Of a stretch of 22,509 nucleotides of DNA, positions 17,766 through 22,509 are shown piece after piece (positions within the stretch are counted from its first letter, which is position 1; each line of letters begins with the position of its first letter). The translations under genes were made by a program, and so were the position numbers. This DNA comes from an uncultured Phycisphaerales bacterium. Its GTDB lineage: Bacteria; Planctomycetota; Phycisphaerae; Phycisphaerales; SM1A02. The DNA lies in NCBI GenBank assembly GCA_938084645.1, contig CALKEP010000032.1, positions 1 through 22,509 on the forward strand. Reading direction: 5' to 3'. The notes beneath the pieces are model-generated. The model was not told the DNA's origin. It did no database searches and saw only the letters and a program-made list of their open reading frames with translations.

Positions 17766-18980
17766 ATGACCACGAAGAAGACCTCCACGAAGTCGAAGAA
17801 CAAGAGCTCCGGACGGCGCGGCTCCGCGACCACGAACGTGGTGGTGCTGGGTGGCGGCCTGATCGGATCGGTGATCGCGAGCGACCTCGCCGCCAGCCGA
17901 GGCATGCGGGTGACGGTGGCCGATGCGAACGCGGATTCCCTGAAGAACTGCGTCCGTCGGGCGGATCGGTCCATCGAGACCGTCGAGACGGATCTGGCCG
18001 ACGCCGGCGAGATCGCGAAGGTGATCGAGAACGCCGATCTGGTGGTCGGCGCCCTGCCCAGCGGCCTCGGCATGAACGCGTTGGAGACCGTCATCGACGT
18101 CGGTCGACACTACGTCGACATCTCCTTCATGTCGGAGGACAATCTCCACCTCGCGGAACGTGCGAAGAAGAAGCGGATCTCGGTGGTCGTCGACATCGGC
18201 GTGGCCCCGGGCATGAGCAACATGCTCTGCGGGTACGGCGCCCGGAAGCTCGATCGCTGCGATCGCCTCGAGATCCTGGTCGGCGGCCTGCCGCGACATC
18301 GACACTGGCCCTGGGAATACAAGGCGAGTTGGTCGCCCGGCGACGTGCTCGAGGAGTACGTCCGGCCGGTCCGGGTGGTCGAGAAGGGCGAGATCGTCTG
18401 GAAGGAGGCGCTCGCCGAACCCGAGCTGGTGGACTTCGAGGGCGTGGGAACCCTCGAGACGTTCCTCACCGATGGCCTCCGGTCGCTCGCCGACACCCTC
18501 GACGTCCCCGACATGGTCGAGAAGACCATGCGGTTCCCCGGCCACATCGAACTGATGCGGGTGATGCGTCACCTCGGGCTCTTCAGCGCGGATCCGGTCA
18601 CCCTTCCCGACGGCACCACCGTCCGGCCGCTCGATCTGACCAGCCACCTGCTCTTCCCGCAATGGAAGTTCGAGAAGGGCGAGCCCGACTGCACCATCAT
18701 GCGGATCACCGCGGAAGGCATGCTGGGCCGGATCCCCACCCGGATGGCGTGGGACCTCGTGGACGACCTCGACCCGGCGACCGGTTTCTCCAGCATGTCC
18801 AGATGCACCGCGTTCCCCGCGGCCGCGATGGCCCGGATGATCGCGGACGGCACCTTCAAGCGGCGGGGCGTGTTCGCACCGGAGCAGATCGCCAACGACA
18901 AGGGCCTGCTCGATCGCATGCTGAAGGAATTGAAGGCCCGAGGCGTCGAGTATCGTGCGACGGTCGAGTCGATCGACTGA
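17766..18980 (+). CDS. saccharopine dehydrogenase / lysine 6-dehydrogenase family protein
   Basis: VVVLGGGLIG, YVDIS, DIGVAPGMSN, VGGLP, WSPGDVLEEY, TDGLRSL, KTMRFPGH; GAGGAG SD. Confidence 0.9.
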   Translation: MTTKKTSTKSKNKSSGRRGSATTNVVVLGGGLIGSVIASDLAASRGMRVTVADANADSLKNCVRRADRSIETVETDLADAGEIAKVIENADLVVGALPSGLGMNALETVIDVGRHYVDISFMSEDNLHLAERAKKKRISVVVDIGVAPGMSNMLCGYGARKLDRCDRLEILVGGLPRHRHWPWEYKASWSPGDVLEEYVRPVRVVEKGEIVWKEALAEPELVDFEGVGTLETFLTDGLRSLADTLDVPDMVEKTMRFPGHIELMRVMRHLGLFSADPVTLPDGTTVRPLDLTSHLLFPQWKFEKGEPDCTIMRITAEGMLGRIPTRMAWDLVDDLDPATGFSSMSRCTAFPAAAMARMIADGTFKRRGVFAPEQIANDKGLLDRMLKELKARGVEYRATVESID

Positions 18981-19122
18981 CCGCGCTGCGGTCGTCCGCG
19001 GCGGGGACCGCAGCGGATCAGCCAACCGGGACTCACCGACCCCTCGCGGGGATCCGCGAGGCGTCCTCCACGTCCGACCCCCCGCGGTTCGGACTGCTTC
19101 ATCGACGCCCGCGGAGGATCGA

Positions 19123-20052
19123 ATGGAATCGATCGAACACCTCGAACTCAAGCGTCTCGCCGTCGCGTGGCTCGCCCGACTCGGCTGTCGCGCCGTCGCG
19201 ACCGAAGTCCGGTGCCCGATCGCGAAGTATCGCGTCGACGCCGCAGGCTGGCTGGATCACGCCGCCGGCGCCCTCCTCGAAGCCGGCGGACTGGAGAGCG
19301 ATCGCACCCGACTCGATTCGACGCTCTTCACCCGCGAGCGAGGCGGCCCACCACGTCGGGGTCCGGCCAGGCCCCGGACCATCGTGGTCGAATGCAAGCG
19401 CAGTCGCGCAGACTTCATCCGGGACGATCGGAACGCCGACCGACTCAAGGGTCGGCTCGCGATGCTGCGACGAACCCGCGAGAAGTTCGAGCGCAATCTG
19501 CTGCCGGACTGCGAGCCGCATCTCCGCGAGTCCGGTTCCTCCCTGTTCCGTGAACTGGAGACCTGGGACTTCGAGGGCAGTCGAACGGGCTCCTACCGAC
19601 GATGTCTCCGCGAGATCGAACGCATCGAACGCCGGCTGCACGGCGAGACGAAGTTCCACACCATGCACCGGCACCGACTCGCCGATCACTTCTACCTGTT
19701 CACCCCGGCCGGGATGCTGAAGCCCGAGGAGGTGCCGACCGGATGGGGCCTCGTCGAATGCGGACGGCCGACCCTCCGCCGAGGCGCGGGCCCCCTCACC
19801 GAACTCGATGCCCTTCCGCTGCGGGAACGGATCGCCTGCCCTTCGGCCGAAGCACCCGACGAACGCCGGCGACGCCTGCTCCGAAACATCGCGGTCGCCG
19901 CCAGCCGTGCGGTCATCGAGCAGGCCGCCCGGCCCGCGGTTTCTCCCGACCGATCGGCTCGACACGACGGAGAAACACCCCAGCCCGGCCGGACGGACGG
20001 ACGTCGGCGAGGCGAGTCCACGGCCGCGGACTCCATCGACGCCAGACGCTAG
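19123..20052 (+). CDS. MmcB-like PD-(D/E)XK nuclease-fold protein
   Basis: ATEV...RVDAAG...IVVECKRSRADF, then ADHFYL...PEEVPTGWGL; GGAGG SD. Confidence 0.7.
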   Translation: MESIEHLELKRLAVAWLARLGCRAVATEVRCPIAKYRVDAAGWLDHAAGALLEAGGLESDRTRLDSTLFTRERGGPPRRGPARPRTIVVECKRSRADFIRDDRNADRLKGRLAMLRRTREKFERNLLPDCEPHLRESGSSLFRELETWDFEGSRTGSYRRCLREIERIERRLHGETKFHTMHRHRLADHFYLFTPAGMLKPEEVPTGWGLVECGRPTLRRGAGPLTELDALPLRERIACPSAEAPDERRRRLLRNIAVAASRAVIEQAARPAVSPDRSARHDGETPQPGRTDGRRRGESTAADSIDARR

Positions 20053-20065
20053 GATCACCGCACCT

Positions 20066-20139
20066 GCCCCGGTAGCTCAGTTGGATAGAGCAGCGGACTT
20101 CTAATCCGCAGGTCGGAAGTTCGAATCTTCCCCGGGGTG
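20066..20139 (+). tRNA. tRNA-Arg(TCT), CCA not encoded
   Basis: acceptor GCCCCGG/CCGGGGT, D arm GCTC-AGTTGGATA-GAGC, anticodon stem GCGGA-ctTCTaa-TCCGC, T arm GGAAG-TTCGAAT-CTTCC. Confidence 0.97.
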
Positions 20140-20165
20140 TTCGATTCGAGCGAGCATCATCGACG

Positions 20166-20206
20166 AACAAGGCACGCACCCGTCGCCGACGGGTGCGTGC
20201 CTTGTT
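20166..20206. terminator. perfect 19-bp hairpin between the convergent tRNA and secreted-protein genes; probable bidirectional terminator
   Basis: AACAAGGCACGCACCCGTC-gcc-GACGGGTGCGTGCCTTGTT. Confidence 0.75.
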
Positions 20207-20236
20207 TCGAATCCCGCGTGCGGACCGAGATCCGAC

Positions 20237-21484
20237 TCAGGGACATTCGCCCCAGAAGGCGAGCAGCAGGCCGAGGTCGGCGCCGTTCACGTCGCCGTCC
20301 TCGTTGAGATCCGCGGCCGGGTCGTTCGTGCCCCACGCCGCGAGCAGCAGGCCGAGGTCGCCACCATCGACACGGCCGTCGCCGTTGAGGTCCCCGGGAC
20401 AGGGCGTGTCGCCGCCGGGAAGCACCACCACCCAGGCGTCCTGGAAGAAGAACAGACCCTCGTAGCCCCATCCGCAGATGACCGTGCCGTCGTCACTGAT
20501 CGACTGGGCGGCGGCGAGGGTGAATCCGGCCGGAATGCCCGCACCGAGGCCGTTGAGATGTTCCTTGAGATCCACGAGCCCGGTCTCGGGCGACCAGTAG
20601 GTGGCGCGGAAGGACTGCCCGCCGCCGAAACCTTCACGCTGATATCCCACGATCGCTCGACCGTCCTCGGTGACATCGAGCGCTCCGCCGCCGTAGGGGA
20701 ACTGCTCCGGCGGCAGCAGGCCGATGTTCACGACCCCGTCGTCCGCGAGGTACATGAAGGCGCCGGACGTGGCGTCGGAAGTCCCGTCGGCACTTCCCAC
20801 GAGAATCGAACCGTCTCCATTCGATCCATTCACTTCGCCGTAGCCCTCGGGATTCCCGAACGTTCCCTCGAGGACGAGGGTCTCCTCCCATTCGCCGGTC
20901 TTCATGTTCTCGAACCACGCGGCGGCTCGCCGCGAACCGTTCGACGCCTGATCCCAGCCACCGATGACGGCACCATCACCCGAAATCGTGTCCGCCCGGG
21001 TCGAGCTCGGTCCGATCCGCGGAAGTTCGAACATTCCGCCGTCCGTCGACCAGAGGAAGGCACTCGCCGCGCAGCCGTCCCAGCCGAGCCCGACGCATCG
21101 CTGACCGTCGGAACTGATGTCGTACGCGCTCGAGAGACTCGAGTCGCAGCCGCTCGGCCCGAGACCACCGAACACCGTCCAACCGCTCTTCGCGTCGTAC
21201 CGCGACGCGGAGTCTCCACTGGAGCCCGACGTATCGCCCGTGATGAACGAGCCGTCCGCATCCGCGGCGATTCCCGCGACTCCACCGATCGACTGGAGAC
21301 CATCGAGGGTCCAGACGAAGCCACCCGAGTTGTTCTGGCCGACCACGACGCCGCCGTCGTCGGAGACGCCGTTGGCGAGCCCCTCCGAGATGATCTCGAA
21401 GAAGATCGTGTCGCCGGCATGAGCGACACCGACGGGAAGTGACAGGAGCAGGGCGGCAAGCGTGTGGTTTGGATTGGTGTTCAT
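20237..21484 (-). CDS. secreted protein with HAF-like repeats and a C-terminal dockerin-like (double EF-hand) domain
   Basis: signal peptide; repeats A(N/Y)x(I/V)SxDGxV(V/I)G...AFxW; C-term CPGDLNGDGRVDGGDLGLLLAAWG...ADLNEDGDVNGADLGLLLAFWGECP. Confidence 0.88.
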   Translation of the reverse strand: MNTNPNHTLAALLLSLPVGVAHAGDTIFFEIISEGLANGVSDDGGVVVGQNNSGGFVWTLDGLQSIGGVAGIAADADGSFITGDTSGSSGDSASRYDAKSGWTVFGGLGPSGCDSSLSSAYDISSDGQRCVGLGWDGCAASAFLWSTDGGMFELPRIGPSSTRADTISGDGAVIGGWDQASNGSRRAAAWFENMKTGEWEETLVLEGTFGNPEGYGEVNGSNGDGSILVGSADGTSDATSGAFMYLADDGVVNIGLLPPEQFPYGGGALDVTEDGRAIVGYQREGFGGGQSFRATYWSPETGLVDLKEHLNGLGAGIPAGFTLAAAQSISDDGTVICGWGYEGLFFFQDAWVVVLPGGDTPCPGDLNGDGRVDGGDLGLLLAAWGTNDPAADLNEDGDVNGADLGLLLAFWGECP

Positions 21485-21491
21485 GCCCCCG

Positions 21492-21497
21492 AGCATA
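21492..21497 (-). promoter_or_regulatory. candidate -10 TATGCT, 7 nt before the ATG (leaderless)
   Basis: minus strand reads atcTATGCTcgggggcATG. Confidence 0.55.
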
Positions 21498-21597
21498 GAT
21501 GAAGGGGCTCCCAATTCAAAAGCCTCGTCTCCACTTTCGGGCCAGACCCGCGAAATCGCCTTGCTCGAGCGCTCCGGGCCTCGAAGCCGGACGGGAT

Positions 21598-22509
21598 TCA
21601 GGGGGTTGCCGACTCGGCGGCGGCGTCCGGATCGCCCACCGCCGCGGGCGACGCGGCATCCGGACCGATCACGTCGACATCGGGACGTGCCTTTCTCGCC
21701 GCCGCCACGCCATCGGCCGTCACCGCGCTGTCCGCGCAGTAGACCCGCTTCAGGTTCGGGAGGGCGACGAGCCGCGACAGCCCGGCATCGGAAAGACGGG
21801 TGCCATAGAAGTTCAGGACCTCGAGGCCTTCGAGCGTGAGCAACGAATCGACCGAACCATCGCCGACCGCGGTCTGCGCGAGCCGAAGGGAATTCAACCG
21901 ATCGAAGCCGACGAGGCCTTCGAGTCCGGCATCGGTGATCGTGCTTCGGTTGAAACTCGCCTGGACCAGCACCGGCTCGAGCCCCTTCAGGAGTTCGAAA
22001 TCCGCATCCGCGAACGGCGGCGACACCAGACTCGCGTTCACCTCCCAGTCGTCCGAGTTCTGCGCGATCCGCATCGCCAGAACGCCTCGCTGACGAAGTT
22101 TGTCGGCCGCGGCCGTGACCCCGGCCGGAACCTCGTTCACGTCCTTGTCGTCCGAAACGGCGGCCGGCGGCGCTGCCTTCGTCTCGTCGGCGGCCTGTCC
22201 TTCACCAGCATCGCCGGTCTCGATCCAGGTCCGGATCGTGGCGATCTGCGCCGCGGTCAGGCGTTCGCCGTCCGGCGGCATCGAATCCGGGTCGTCGGCC
22301 GGGAGCATCACCCGTTCGAGCAGGAGACTGTGTTCGGGATCCCCCCACAGCACGGTCCACCACTCCGGATCACCGGCGAAGATCGCGGACTCGCTGTCGA
22401 GTCGAAGGTCACCCTTCACCTTGTCCGGCCCGTGACATTCGACGCAGCGGGCCTCGAAGATCGGAAGCACGTCGCGACGAAAATCGATCTTTGCGGCATC
22501 CGTCGCCGG
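21598..22509 (-). CDS. Planctomycete-type cytochrome c domain plus leucine-rich repeats; 5' end lies beyond the window
   Basis: IDFRRDVLPIFEARCVECHG...LRLD...MPP...IRTWI; LRRs (ITDAGL, LRLAQTAVGD, LNFYGTRLSDAGL); frame open to 22509. Confidence 0.87.
   Translation of the reverse strand, partial: PATDAAKIDFRRDVLPIFEARCVECHGPDKVKGDLRLDSESAIFAGDPEWWTVLWGDPEHSLLLERVMLPADDPDSMPPDGERLTAAQIATIRTWIETGDAGEGQAADETKAAPPAAVSDDKDVNEVPAGVTAAADKLRQRGVLAMRIAQNSDDWEVNASLVSPPFADADFELLKGLEPVLVQASFNRSTITDAGLEGLVGFDRLNSLRLAQTAVGDGSVDSLLTLEGLEVLNFYGTRLSDAGLSRLVALPNLKRVYCADSAVTADGVAAARKARPDVDVIGPDAASPAAVGDPDAAAESATP

Noticed and set aside
15006..19151. 1381-aa antisense ORF
   Set aside because: purH, nuoC and the dehydrogenase share one reading frame (starts 15420, 17100 and 17766 are all divisible by 3), so their stop-poor antisense shadow runs through; the translation has no protein-like motifs
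20259..20360. 21-bp direct repeat GCGAGCAGCAGGCCGAGGTCG, 81 nt apart
   Set aside because: Encodes the two DLGLLLA dockerin repeats; not CRISPR or an att site
20066..22509. Genomic island integrated at tRNA-Arg
   Set aside because: No integrase, no duplicated tRNA 3' end seen, and no obvious compositional shift

Overview
High-GC bacterial chromosomal segment, most likely Planctomycetota/Phycisphaerales. That assignment is inferred from a Planctomycete-type cytochrome c protein and a C-terminal 'CPGDLNGDG...LLxAWG' dockerin-like tag. The window is a densely packed mosaic of housekeeping genes detached from their usual operons: Gfo/Idh/MocA oxidoreductase, MscS, trpG/pabA, DUF1444, kdsA, mcsA-mcsB, phhB, gluQ, DUF192, PP2C/SpoIIE phosphatase, riboflavin synthase, PQQ-like beta-propeller, purH, a lone nuoC, saccharopine/lysine dehydrogenase, an MmcB-like PD-(D/E)XK protein, tRNA-Arg(TCT), a secreted dockerin-tagged protein and a partial cytochrome c/LRR protein. 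I see no mobile element, CRISPR array, prophage or defence island. The best candidate for something undescribed is a membrane-anchored protein of about 18-19 tandem ~22-aa beta-hairpin repeats, directly upstream of an N-terminally extended MscS. Other leads are an McsA-McsB arginine kinase pair without ctsR/clpC, a GluQ lacking its Zn cysteines, several probable leaderless genes, and basic N-terminal tails on two cytoplasmic enzymes. All family calls come from motif recognition by eye; no database searches were run.
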